In this document: positions 1-8,894 of the stretch, in pieces
Numbering within the stretch: the stretch's first letter is position 1
How the letters are laid out: the number at the start of each line of letters is the position of its first letter
Assembly (NCBI GenBank): GCA_035574535.1
Contig: DATLYV010000017.1
Coordinates: 1-59,181, forward strand
DNA: 59,181 nucleotides
From: Candidatus Binatia bacterium
GTDB taxonomy: Bacteria; Chloroflexota; Limnocylindria; Limnocylindrales; CSP1-4
Direction of reading: 5' to 3'
Translations under genes and position numbers: made by a program
The notes under the pieces: model-generated
Told to the model about the DNA's origin: nothing
Seen by the model: the letters and a program-made list of their open reading frames with translations, nothing else
Databases searched by the model: none

Positions 1-1
1 C

Positions 2-319
2 GGCACGAGCGACCCGTCCGACCCGTTCTTCGAGGCCGTGGCCGCGCTCGGCGGCCGGCTCGTCCGCCACGGCGTGCCGGCCCATCCCGGCTCGATGGTC
101 TGGCTCGCCCGCGTCGCCGGCGCGACGATCCTCGGGCTGCCCAGCTGTGGCGCCTACTCGAAGGTCACGGCCGCTGACCTGCTGCTCCCCAGGTTCGCCG
201 CGGGCCAGCCGCCGAATCGCGCCACCGTCGCCCGTCTCGCGCACGGCGGGATCCTCAACCGCCACCAGCGCTTCCGCTTCCCGGCCTACGCCCGCGAGCT
301 CGAGGCGCCGGACGGCTGA
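2..319 (+). CDS. Molybdopterin-binding (MoCF_biosynth-like) domain protein, C-terminal fragment; 5' end lies outside the window
   Basis: Frame is open from the window edge to TGA 317-319. The segment GVPAHPGSMVWLARVAGATILGLPSCGAYSKVTAADLLLPR resembles the end of MoCF-binding domains. It lies directly upstream of xdhC/mocA/coxG-type genes. Confidence 0.5.
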   Translation, partial: GTSDPSDPFFEAVAALGGRLVRHGVPAHPGSMVWLARVAGATILGLPSCGAYSKVTAADLLLPRFAAGQPPNRATVARLAHGGILNRHQRFRFPAYARELEAPDG

Positions 320-331
320 GCCGCAGGGGCG

Positions 332-397
332 CCGGCCCTGCTCGCGACCGGCCCTCGCGACCGGCCCTCGCGACCGGCCCTCGCGCCGGACCGGCCA
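332..397. repeat. Intergenic 13-bp tandem repeat CCGGCCCTCGCGA (2 perfect plus 2-3 imperfect copies)
   Basis: Perfect copies at 348-360 and 361-373, with degenerate copies on both sides. It sits between the stop at 319 and the ATG at 425. Confidence 0.8.
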
Positions 398-424
398 TCC
401 GCGCGCGAGTCGTACCCTTCGGCC

Positions 425-1540
425 ATGCGCGAGCTGCTGGAAACCCTCGAGACCTGGCGGAACGAGGGCGCGGACGTCGGCAGGGCGATCGTCGTCCGGA
501 CGTTCGGCTCGGCGCCTCGACCCGAGGGGGCCGTGCTCGCGACCACCGCCGACGGGCGGATCACGGGATCCGTCAGCGGCGGCTGCGTCGAGGGCGCCGC
601 GGCCGAGGAGATCGAGCGGGCTCGCCGGTCGGGCCACCAGCGCGTGATCCGGTACGGCATCAGCGACGAGGAGGCCTGGGACGTCGGCCTGGCCTGCGGC
701 GGGACCATCGACGTCCTCGTCCAGCCGGCCCTGCCGGGCGAGGCGCTCGACGCGGCGCGGGCCTCGAGCGCCGAGCACCCGCGAGGCTCCGCCGTGGTCA
801 CGGCGCTGCCGCCCGACTCGCCCCCGGCCGAATTCGGGGAGCATCCTCCGGGCGAGGGCGCGCCGCCGGAGCCGCCACTGGTCGTGGCCGACGATGGGAG
901 CCTGCGCGGAACGCTCGGCGATCCCGACCTGGACGCGGAGCTGGTCGCGGCGGCCCGGGACGCCCTGCGGCGCGGCGCCTCGAGGACCGTCGAGATCGGC
1001 GGGCGATCGCTGTTCATCGAGGCCTACCCGGTCCGGCCGCGCCTCGTCATCGTCGGGGCGACCGAAACGGCCCGCTCCCTCGTCGCGATCGCCGCCGCCC
1101 TGGGCTACGAGCGGGTGGTCATCGACGCCCGCCCGGCGTTCGCCGCGGCCGAGCGCTTCCCGGACGTCGAGCGGCTCATCAACGCCTGGCCCGACGAGGC
1201 GTTCGACGAGATCGGCCTCGGCCCCAACGACGCCGTGGCAATCCTGTCGCACGACCCGAAGTTCGACGAGCCGGCCATCGCCGAGGCGATCCGGCGCGGG
1301 GCGGGCTACGTCGGCGCGGTCGGCTCGCGCAAGACACAGGCCGACCGGCGGGCGCGGCTGCGCGAGGCCGGGCTGTCCGATTCGGAGATCGCGACGCTCC
1401 GCGGCCCGATCGGCCTCGACCTGGGCGGGCGGGCGCCCGCGGAGACGGCCCTCGCGATCATGGCCGAGATCGTCGCGAGCCGGTACGGCGCGACCGGCCG
1501 GCCGATGATCGAGCGCGTCGCCGTCGCGGCTGGTGCGTGA
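425..1540 (+). CDS. XdhC/CoxI-family molybdoenzyme maturation factor
   Basis: N-terminal region (WRNEGADVGRAIVVRTFGSAPRPEGAVL...GSVSGGCVE) is XdhC_CoxI-like. C-terminal region is Rossmann-like (RLVIVGATETARSLV...GAVGSRKT). Confidence 0.85.
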   Translation: MRELLETLETWRNEGADVGRAIVVRTFGSAPRPEGAVLATTADGRITGSVSGGCVEGAAAEEIERARRSGHQRVIRYGISDEEAWDVGLACGGTIDVLVQPALPGEALDAARASSAEHPRGSAVVTALPPDSPPAEFGEHPPGEGAPPEPPLVVADDGSLRGTLGDPDLDAELVAAARDALRRGASRTVEIGGRSLFIEAYPVRPRLVIVGATETARSLVAIAAALGYERVVIDARPAFAAAERFPDVERLINAWPDEAFDEIGLGPNDAVAILSHDPKFDEPAIAEAIRRGAGYVGAVGSRKTQADRRARLREAGLSDSEIATLRGPIGLDLGGRAPAETALAIMAEIVASRYGATGRPMIERVAVAAGA

Positions 1541-1555
1541 CCCGAGTGGCGACGG

Positions 1556-3115
1556 GTGGCTGACGCGCCGGAGCGGCCGACGCGGCTGGGGTGGCGGGTG
1601 TTTGACGAGACGGAGGGAGCGAGAATCTCAGGGCCGCGCGTCCGGGCGCTGGTGCTCGCCGCGGGCACCGGGGAGCGCTTCGGCGGCGGCAAGCTCGCGG
1701 CGCGAATCGACGGCCAGCCGGTTCTCCGGCACGTCCTCGACGCCGTCGCGGCGGCCGGGCTGGGGCGGCCGGCCTTGGTGCTGGGGCCGGAGGACCCGCC
1801 CGGCGTCGACCTCGGCGGGACCACGATCGTCAGGAACCCGAACCCTGCAGCGGGCCTGTCGAGCTCGCTGCGGATCGGCTGGCGGAGCGCCGCGTCGACC
1901 TGGCCGCTCGAAGCAGCGCCGCCGGACGCTGTGCTCGTGGTCCTCGGCGACCAGCCGCTCCTTCGGCCGGACGTCCTTGTGCGCCTCGCGGCCGAGCCCC
2001 TCGACCCGGACCGCCCGATCGTCGCCGCGCGCTACGCGGGGACGGGCGCGCGCATGCCGGTCCGCATCGAGGCCACGGCGGCCGGGCTCGTCGAGGCCGC
2101 GACGGGCGATCGCGGGCTCGGACCGGTCATCGACGCGAACCCGGACCAGGTCCGCTGGGTCGAGGTCGACGGCGACAACCCGGACGTCGACACGCCGGGC
2201 GACCTGGCCCGCGTCGCGGAGCTGCTGTGGGCCGCGCGCGTCCGGGGCAACCGCGAGCAGGTCGACCGGTTCCGCGAGGAGGCCGACGGCGCCGACTTCT
2301 ACGCCCGGGTCAGCTCGATCTTCCGGGACGACCCCGATCGGACCGGCGACCCGGTCCTCGACGCGCTGCGCGAGCACGCCCGGCCGGACGAGACATGGCT
2401 CGACATCGGGGCCGGCGCGGGCCGCTACGCCCTGCCCGTGGCGCGATCCGTCCGGCGGGTCATCGCCCTCGACCCGTCGCCGTCGATGCTCGATGGCCTG
2501 CGGGCCGGCATGGCCGAGCACGGGATCGAGAACGTCGACGTCGTGCAGGCCCGCTGGCCCGACGCGGTCGAGGCGGGGAGCGCGGACCTCGACGGGCGCC
2601 TGCCGGCCGACGTGTCGCTGATCGCCCACGTCGGCTACGACGTCGAGCAGATCTGGCCGTTCGTGGCCGCGATGGAACGCGCGACGCGGCGGCTGTGTCT
2701 CGCGGTGCTGATGGAGCGGAGCCCGGCGTCGCTCGCCGAGCCATTCTGGATCGAGCTCCACGGGGAGCGGCGGGTCTCGCTCCCGGCGCTGCCCGCGTTC
2801 ACCGACCTCCTCGCCGCCCACGGGCGGGCACCGTCGGTCCGGATGCTCCAGGCCGAGCGTCGCACCTGGAGCAGCCGTGACGAGCTCGAGCGGTTCGTGC
2901 GGCGGCAGACGTGGGTGGCGGCTGGCTCGGCGAAGGACCGCCGGCTCGGGAAGCTCCTCGACGAGTGGGTCGTCGAGGCACCGGGCGGCGGCGTCGACCT
3001 GTCCGTCGCCGAGCCGCTGCAGGTTGGCCTCGTCGCCTGGACGCCGCGCGGGGGTTCGCCGCCGGAGCGCTCGATCACCCGCCGGAGCGGGCCCGGTCGC
3101 CGGGCCGGACGTTGA
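1556..3115 (+). CDS. Fusion protein: MocA/MobA-like nucleotidyltransferase plus class I SAM-dependent methyltransferase
   Basis: N-terminal motif LVLAAGTGERFGG (MobA-like NTP transferase). C-terminal motif WLDIGAGAGRYALPVARSVRRVIALDPSPSML (methyltransferase motif I). Start is uncertain: GTG 1556 or GTG 1598. Confidence 0.7.
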   Translation: MADAPERPTRLGWRVFDETEGARISGPRVRALVLAAGTGERFGGGKLAARIDGQPVLRHVLDAVAAAGLGRPALVLGPEDPPGVDLGGTTIVRNPNPAAGLSSSLRIGWRSAASTWPLEAAPPDAVLVVLGDQPLLRPDVLVRLAAEPLDPDRPIVAARYAGTGARMPVRIEATAAGLVEAATGDRGLGPVIDANPDQVRWVEVDGDNPDVDTPGDLARVAELLWAARVRGNREQVDRFREEADGADFYARVSSIFRDDPDRTGDPVLDALREHARPDETWLDIGAGAGRYALPVARSVRRVIALDPSPSMLDGLRAGMAEHGIENVDVVQARWPDAVEAGSADLDGRLPADVSLIAHVGYDVEQIWPFVAAMERATRRLCLAVLMERSPASLAEPFWIELHGERRVSLPALPAFTDLLAAHGRAPSVRMLQAERRTWSSRDELERFVRRQTWVAAGSAKDRRLGKLLDEWVVEAPGGGVDLSVAEPLQVGLVAWTPRGGSPPERSITRRSGPGRRAGR

Positions 3116-3368
3116 AGCGCCACTGCACAACGCGTGCAACGCCGTTGACGGGTCATCCGGCGCCTGCCTCATGCTCGGCGGACCGTCGCGCGGCGCGAGC
3201 CAGCGCCCAGCCCGCGATCCGGCCGGGCTCTCGTCAAGCTGCCCCAGACCTCATGTGGCTCGCAGAACTCCCTCGAGGGTGACGTGGCGGAGTGACAGCC
3301 CGGCCATGTGGTACGACGCCGAGACGCTGAGAGTCGTAGGCTGAGTCGGCGGCGGTTTGGAGGGACGC

Positions 3369-3809
3369 ATGGAGTTCTCGGGTTCCACGGAGATCAAGGC
3401 CCCTCGCGACAAGGTCTGGGCCTTCGTCATCGACCCCCAGCAGGTCGGTTGGTGCGGGCCGGGCGTCGAGTCGATCGACGAGATCGATCCCACCCACTTT
3501 CGGGCAAGGGCGAAGGTGGGGATCGGCGTGATCGCGGCCCGCTTCGTCGTCAACCTCGAGCTCGCCGAGGCCGTCGAGCCGGACCGGGCCGTCATCAAGG
3601 CTGCCGGCCAGGCGCCGGGCAGCGCCGTGGAGGCCACCGGATCGATGTCGCTGTCGGGTCCGCCCGAGGGCCCGACCACGATGTCGTGGTCGGCGGACGT
3701 GCGGATCATGGGCACGATCGCCAGCGTCGGCGCCCGCCTCATCGAGGGCACGGCCAACAAGATGATCGCGAAGACGTTCGACTGCATGCGGGCGAAGCTG
3801 GAGGCCTGA
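3369..3809 (+). CDS. CoxG-like SRPBCC-fold protein (carbon monoxide dehydrogenase subunit G family)
   Basis: MEFSGSTEIKAPRDKVWAFVIDPQQV...IEGTANKMIAKTFDCMRAKLE is typical of CoxG. GGAGGGA lies 3-5 nt before ATG 3369. The track ORF begins at TTG 3357. Confidence 0.8.
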   Translation: MEFSGSTEIKAPRDKVWAFVIDPQQVGWCGPGVESIDEIDPTHFRARAKVGIGVIAARFVVNLELAEAVEPDRAVIKAAGQAPGSAVEATGSMSLSGPPEGPTTMSWSADVRIMGTIASVGARLIEGTANKMIAKTFDCMRAKLEA

Positions 3810-3880
3810 TCCGGACCCTCGTCCACGGAGCTCGCGCCCGGCGGTCGAACCCCTGCCGCCGGCCTCCTAGACTGCCCGCG

Positions 3881-4519
3881 ATGGGGTTCGTGTCCCGGGT
3901 CGTCGGTGTGCTGGCGACGAACCTGTACGTCCTGGCCGACGATCGGACGCGCGAGGCGATCGCGATCGACACCGCCATCCCGAGCCTCGAGTGGCTCGCC
4001 GGCGAGCTCGCGGCGCGCGACTGGACGTTGAAGCTGATCGTCTCGACGCACGGGCACTGGGACCACATCGGCGACAATGCGCGCGTGGCGGAGCACACCG
4101 GCGCGCAGATCGCCTCGCACCGGCTCGACGCGCACCGGCTGACGAACCCCTCGAGCCTCTGGGCGCCGTTCGAGATCCCGCCGTCCGTGCCTGCCGTCGA
4201 GCTGCAGGAAGGGGGCGAGATTCGATTCGGTTCCATCCGCCTCGAGGTGCTGCACACGCCCGGCCACACCGAGGGCTCGGTCTGCCTCCTCGACCGCGAG
4301 AACGGCGCGCTCTACAGCGGCGACACACTCTTCAACGGCTCGTTCGGCCGGGTCGACCTCCCCGGTGGCTCACCCGAGGCGATGGTCGCGTCGCTGGACC
4401 GGCTGCGCCGGCTCGACCCGTCGTTGCTGGTTCACCCGGGCCACGGCAGCGCGACGACGATCGGGCGCGAGCAGCCGTGGATGGAGTGGGTCGCCCGCGA
4501 GGGCCGCCTGCCGACCTGA
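3881..4519 (+). CDS. MBL-fold metallo-hydrolase (glyoxalase II-like)
   Basis: THGHWDH (HxHxDH), HTPGHTEGS and HPGHG motifs. Trimmed from track ORF 3308-4519 to the in-frame ATG 3881. Confidence 0.85.
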   Translation: MGFVSRVVGVLATNLYVLADDRTREAIAIDTAIPSLEWLAGELAARDWTLKLIVSTHGHWDHIGDNARVAEHTGAQIASHRLDAHRLTNPSSLWAPFEIPPSVPAVELQEGGEIRFGSIRLEVLHTPGHTEGSVCLLDRENGALYSGDTLFNGSFGRVDLPGGSPEAMVASLDRLRRLDPSLLVHPGHGSATTIGREQPWMEWVAREGRLPT

Positions 4520-4617
4520 TCGACGGTGGACCTGGACTGGTGTCGACGCGGGATCGCGATCGGGGAGTCCGGGACGTGGCGGGCGCGTGCGGACACTCTC
4601 GACCTCGGCCGCGCCGC

Positions 4618-5718
4618 TTATCGATCTGCCCCGTACTTGATCCGCACGTGGGCATCGACGCTGCGGCTGATCGCGGACCAGCGCTTGCGCTCCGCCCGCC
4701 GCGCGATCGCGTCGGTGGCCAGGGCCGCGTGCGCCGCCTCGCGCTCGAGCTTCTTCCAGGCGTCGAACCGGCCGCCGTCGAGCGACCCGTCCGCGATCGC
4801 CGCCCGGACGGCGCAGCCCGGCTCCGAGCGGTGGGCGCAGTCGTTGAACCGGCAGCGCGACGCGGCCTGCTCGACGTCGTCGAAGGCGGTCGAGACGCCC
4901 TCGGCGTCCAGAACACCCAGCTCGCGCAGCCCGGGCGTGTCGATGAGCACCGCGTTGCCGATCCGCAGCAGCTGCCGTCGCGTCGTCGTGTGCCGGCCGC
5001 GGGCGTCGTCCTCGCGGATCGCCGCCGTCGCAACCACCGTCTCGCCCGCGATCGCATTCACGATCGACGACTTCCCGACGCCGGACGAGCCGGTGAAGAC
5101 CACGGTCCGCCCCTCGCCGAGCAGTGCCCGCACAGTGTCCAGCCCCTCTCCGGTGACGATCGAGACCGGGACGACGTCCACGCCCGCCGCAACGGCGGCC
5201 GCCGCCGCGACATAGGGCCCAGGGTCGCCGGCCAGGTCCGCCTTCGAGAGCAGAACGACCGGCCAGGCGCCCGACTCCCACGCGACGCTCAGGTAGCGCT
5301 CGAGGCGCCGGACGTTGAAGTCGGCGTTCATCGAGGTCACGACGAAGACTGTGTCGACGTTCGCCGCGAGGACCTGCGCCGGGAGGCGCCGGTCGGACGG
5401 CGCCCGCCGGACGACGGCCGTGCGCCGCGGCAGGACTTGCTGGATCAGCCGGTGTTCGCCGGGGCCGGCGCCCGGAGCCGAACCCTCGACGGCCACCCAG
5501 TCGCCGACCGCCGGCCAGGCGGCCGTGGGGTCCAGGTCCGCCTCGTGGCGGAGCCGCCCCGACGGGCTCGCCGGCGCCTCCCCGGCGGCCGTGGCGACGA
5601 GGTACCGCCCGCGCTCTTCGACGAGGATGCGGGCCGGCTCCAGCCCGGACGCCTCGGTCGCGAAGAGCGCCTCGAGCCGTCCATCCCAGCCGAGCGACCG
5701 GAGCGACGCCGCGGTCAT
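4618..5718 (-). CDS. rsgA: Ribosome small-subunit-dependent GTPase A
   Basis: GSSGVGKSS P-loop, DTPG, and C-terminal zinc finger CRFNDCAHRSEPGCAV. Start is ATG 5718. Alternative GTG 5754 overlaps the upstream stop as GTGA. Confidence 0.85.
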   Translation of the reverse strand: MTAASLRSLGWDGRLEALFATEASGLEPARILVEERGRYLVATAAGEAPASPSGRLRHEADLDPTAAWPAVGDWVAVEGSAPGAGPGEHRLIQQVLPRRTAVVRRAPSDRRLPAQVLAANVDTVFVVTSMNADFNVRRLERYLSVAWESGAWPVVLLSKADLAGDPGPYVAAAAAVAAGVDVVPVSIVTGEGLDTVRALLGEGRTVVFTGSSGVGKSSIVNAIAGETVVATAAIREDDARGRHTTTRRQLLRIGNAVLIDTPGLRELGVLDAEGVSTAFDDVEQAASRCRFNDCAHRSEPGCAVRAAIADGSLDGGRFDAWKKLEREAAHAALATDAIARRAERKRWSAISRSVDAHVRIKYGADR

Positions 5719-5750
5719 CGGGTCCGCCGCGCCCGCGCCGACCACCTCGC

Positions 5751-6761
5751 TCACGTGAGCACCTTGCGCCACGCGATCGAGCGGTAGTCGACCTCGAACC
5801 CGAGGTCCTCGTACAGGCCGAGCGCGCCGCTCGGGTTGTCCGCGTCGACGCCCAGCGCCGCGCTGGTCATGCCGCGCTCCCGCAGCGCAACAAGCGACCG
5901 CGAGATCAGGGCCCGGGCCAACCCCCGGCGCCGCCATGGCCGCCGGGTGAAGACGCTGGCGAGCCAGGCGCGCCGGATCCCGAGCGCCTCGTTCGTCGCG
6001 TCGTCGATGACGTTGATGACCCCGCCCGCGACATCGTCGCCGTCGAACGCGGCGATCCAGAGCGACAGGTCGTTGGACGGCGACTCCATCCAGCGCTGGA
6101 ACTGCTCGTCCGATCGGTCGAAGCCGCCCCAGTGGTCGGCGAACGCCTCGACGTCCGCCCGGAAGACCGCATGGGCGAGCTCCCGGGTGACCGGCCGGAC
6201 CTCGAGTCCGTCGGGCAGCGGAACGTCCGTCACGTCGTCCAGACTCGGCCGGACCATGTCGAAGAAGTAGCGCGCCCGCTCGAAGCCGTTGGCCTCGAGC
6301 AGCGCGATCGCGCCGGGATTGGTCGTGCCGCACCACGAGCCGAGCGCCGGCCGGAGGTCGCCGCGCGCGGCCGTGGCGATCCGCGCCAGGTGGCGCCGCT
6401 CGTTCTCGGCGAAGAGCGCCGTGCCGACGCCGCGCCGCCGCCAGGCCGGCTCGACCGCGCCGTCCATGCGGCGCTCGAGCAGGCCGTCGGTTGTCTCGAT
6501 GACGGCCCGCCAGCCCACGCCGACGATCCGGCCGTCGACCTCGGCCACGGTCACGTCCCGCGCCGCGTCGAAGGCCTCGCTCGGGTGGCCGTAGTCGGCC
6601 TGGAGCTCTTGCACGTTCGTCCGGCCGGGACGGCCGTCCGCGTCGTGCTCGGCGTTGATGACCCTGGCGATGCCGGGCAGGTCGGCCTCGCCTGCGTACG
6701 GGCGAAGCTGGAGGCCTGCCGGTGCGGCGGACCCGCCGCGCGGTCGCTCGATCGTCGCCAT
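5751..6761 (-). CDS. Two-domain GNAT N-acetyltransferase (mycothiol-synthase-like architecture)
   Basis: Two acetyl-CoA motifs (RRRGVGTAL and RRRGLARAL) in 336 aa. ATG 6761 shares one base with the permease stop (TGATG). Confidence 0.75.
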   Translation of the reverse strand: MATIERPRGGSAAPAGLQLRPYAGEADLPGIARVINAEHDADGRPGRTNVQELQADYGHPSEAFDAARDVTVAEVDGRIVGVGWRAVIETTDGLLERRMDGAVEPAWRRRGVGTALFAENERRHLARIATAARGDLRPALGSWCGTTNPGAIALLEANGFERARYFFDMVRPSLDDVTDVPLPDGLEVRPVTRELAHAVFRADVEAFADHWGGFDRSDEQFQRWMESPSNDLSLWIAAFDGDDVAGGVINVIDDATNEALGIRRAWLASVFTRRPWRRRGLARALISRSLVALRERGMTSAALGVDADNPSGALGLYEDLGFEVDYRSIAWRKVLT

Positions 6762-7603
6762 CACCCGACCCGCTTGAGCTTGCCGGTGCGCTTGGCGTAC
6801 CGCTCGGCGACGCCGAACGCCCAGAGCCCCACCGGGATGAACAGCGTGCCCATCACCAGGAGCGGCCAGATGTCGCCCCAGAGGGCGTCGAGGCCGGCCC
6901 CGTCGATCAGGCCCCTGCGGACCCCGTCGAGGGCGTAGGTGGCCGGCGAGAACCAGGACATGACCTGCATCCAGCCCGGCAGAACGTCGATCGAGTAGTA
7001 GACCCCGCTGACGAGCAGCAGGACCGACTGCAGGACGAACGCCATCTGCATCCCGCGCTCCACGAACAGGAGCGGCAGGATCGCCGCGAGCATCGCCACG
7101 CCGACCAGGCTGAACGAGCCCAGGACCATGAAGCCGGCGATCGTCACGACGTTCGCCTGCCCGAACGACAGGTCCGGGAAGAACAGGACCATCGCGACCA
7201 CGATCGCGAGCGTGTGGATGAGCCCGTAGGCCATCGCGTACGCGACCGCGCCGAACAGGTGGGTCGAGCGGCGGACCGGCGCCATGAAGGTGTATTCGAG
7301 CGTCCCTTCCCAGCGCTCGATCTGGATGGTCTCGGCGATCCAGCTGAACACCACCGACAGGTAGTTCCAGAAGATCGCGCCGACCATCAGGGTCAGGAGC
7401 AGGCGCTCGTCCGCGGCCTGGGCGCCGATGAACGAGATCGACAGGGCGCCGGCGGCCGAGTAGACGAGGAACGCGAGCTCCCAGCCCCAGTAGCGCCGGG
7501 ACAGGAAGAAGTTGCGCTCGATGAAGGCGAACGAGGCCTTCATCTCGTGCGCGAGTGCGGTCATCGGGGTGTGCCTCGGGTGGAGGGCTGGCTCGGCCCT
7601 CAT
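6761..7603 (-). CDS. ABC-2 type transporter permease
   Basis: Six hydrophobic segments and an ABC-2 style N-terminus (FIERNFFLSRRYWGWE). ATG 7603 overlaps the stop of the upstream small ORF (ATGA). Alternative ATG at 7564. Confidence 0.8.
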   Translation of the reverse strand: MRAEPALHPRHTPMTALAHEMKASFAFIERNFFLSRRYWGWELAFLVYSAAGALSISFIGAQAADERLLLTLMVGAIFWNYLSVVFSWIAETIQIERWEGTLEYTFMAPVRRSTHLFGAVAYAMAYGLIHTLAIVVAMVLFFPDLSFGQANVVTIAGFMVLGSFSLVGVAMLAAILPLLFVERGMQMAFVLQSVLLLVSGVYYSIDVLPGWMQVMSWFSPATYALDGVRRGLIDGAGLDALWGDIWPLLVMGTLFIPVGLWAFGVAERYAKRTGKLKRVG

Positions 7604-7794
7604 CGGGACCGAGCCAGCCTGGGCTTCGGCTCGGCCGCGATCCGGTGGCCGATGTCGATGATCGACCGCCCGACCGCGCGCCGGACCGAACGGGACGGGT
7701 GCTGCCGCCGCCGCGGTCGCGGCTGGCGGATCCGATCCCGGATCTCCCGCTCGCGATCGCGAATGACAGCACGGCTGTTCATCTCGTTCTGCAT
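7600..7794 (-). CDS. 64-aa arginine-rich small protein of unknown function
   Basis: AAGGAGGTGA lies 10 nt upstream of ATG 7794. Third-position GC is high. The stop overlaps the permease ATG. About 30% Arg. Confidence 0.5.
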   Translation of the reverse strand: MQNEMNSRAVIRDREREIRDRIRQPRPRRRQHPSRSVRRAVGRSIIDIGHRIAAEPKPRLARSR

Positions 7795-7818
7795 CTCGAC
7801 CTCACCTCCTTTCGTTGC

Positions 7819-8715
7819 CTAGTCGTCGGACTCGTCCTCGACGTCCTCGTCGAGGGAGCGGCCCGTGTAGGTCATGAACACGTTGTGCATCGTCGGCTCC
7901 TGCCCGTAGCGCAGGGCGACGAGCGCCTTCAGCTCCTCGGGCGTTCCCTGGGCGACGATCCGGCCGTCGTTGAGGACGACGATCTCGTCGCACAGACGCT
8001 CGGCCTCGGCCAGGTCGTGCGTCGTCAGGACGATCGACGCGTCGTGGCTCCGACGGATGTCCTCGATGAACGCCTGGACGTCGAGCTTCGAGCGCGGGTC
8101 CAGCCCGGTGGTCGGCTCGTCGAGGAGGAGGAGCGAGGGGCTGGTCAGCAGGGCTCGCGCGATCGCGATCTTCTGCTGCATCCCTCGGCTCATCTGCTCG
8201 ACCGGCCGCCCGAGGCGCTTCTCGGCGATGCCGAGCCGCTCGGTGATCCGGGTCGTCTCGCGCCGTGCGAAGCCGGCCTCGATCCCGTAGAGCCTGGCCG
8301 CGAACAGCAGGTTCTCCATCGGGCTGAGCTTCTTGAAGAAGGCCGCGTCCACGCTCACCCGGTTGATGAGGCGCTTGACCGCCATTTCCTCGCGCTCGAT
8401 GTCGAAGCCGAACACCTCGACCCGGCCCTCGTCGAGCGTCAGCAGGCCCGAGACGAGCCTGATGAGCGTCGACTTGCCGGAGCCGTTGGCGCCGAGGATC
8501 CCGATCGTCCCGCCGCGCTCGAGGCGCAGCGACACGTCCGAGATGGCCTCCACGGGCGCCTTCTTCCGGTCGACGTGGAAGCGCTTCGTCACATGCTCCA
8601 CCAGGAGCGCCGCGACGGCGCCGCCCGCGTCGATCGACTCGAGCGTCGGCTGCCACGCGAGATCGAGGCGCCGATCCTGCGTCATCTTCGGTTCCTGGAG
8701 CATCGTGCTCGACAT
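7819..8715 (-). CDS. ABC transporter ATP-binding protein (ABC-2 exporter type)
   Basis: Walker A GANGSGKST, signature MSRGMQQK, Walker B LLLLDEPTTGLD, H-loop TTHDL. Confidence 0.9.
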   Translation of the reverse strand: MSSTMLQEPKMTQDRRLDLAWQPTLESIDAGGAVAALLVEHVTKRFHVDRKKAPVEAISDVSLRLERGGTIGILGANGSGKSTLIRLVSGLLTLDEGRVEVFGFDIEREEMAVKRLINRVSVDAAFFKKLSPMENLLFAARLYGIEAGFARRETTRITERLGIAEKRLGRPVEQMSRGMQQKIAIARALLTSPSLLLLDEPTTGLDPRSKLDVQAFIEDIRRSHDASIVLTTHDLAEAERLCDEIVVLNDGRIVAQGTPEELKALVALRYGQEPTMHNVFMTYTGRSLDEDVEDESDD

Positions 8716-8827
8716 TGGTTTGTCCTTTGGCTGGGGAAGACATGAAGAGAGCCGCGATCCCGGCCCGGCGGTTCGGGGTGGGCGCGCGGCTTGTCGAGGG
8801 TCCTCGTGTGCAGCCCGAGGACAAACG

Positions 8828-8856
8828 AAAAACCGTGGGCCCGATCTGGCCCACGG
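8828..8856 (-). terminator. Intrinsic terminator/attenuator hairpin in the ABC operon leader
   Basis: Minus strand reads CCGTGGGCC-AGATCG-GGCCCACGG followed by TTTTT: 9-bp perfect stem and 6-nt loop. Orientation-specific, because the U-tract exists only on the minus strand. Confidence 0.55.
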
Positions 8857-8894
8857 CTCGTGGTGCTTGCGGTGGCGGCCTTGCCGCCCGCTAC

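Noticed and set aside
5751-7772. 673-aa ORF treated as a single gene
   Set aside because: The N-terminal half is an out-of-frame overlap with the ABC-2 permease and the small ORF. Only the last 336 codons, from ATG 6761, look like a GNAT protein.
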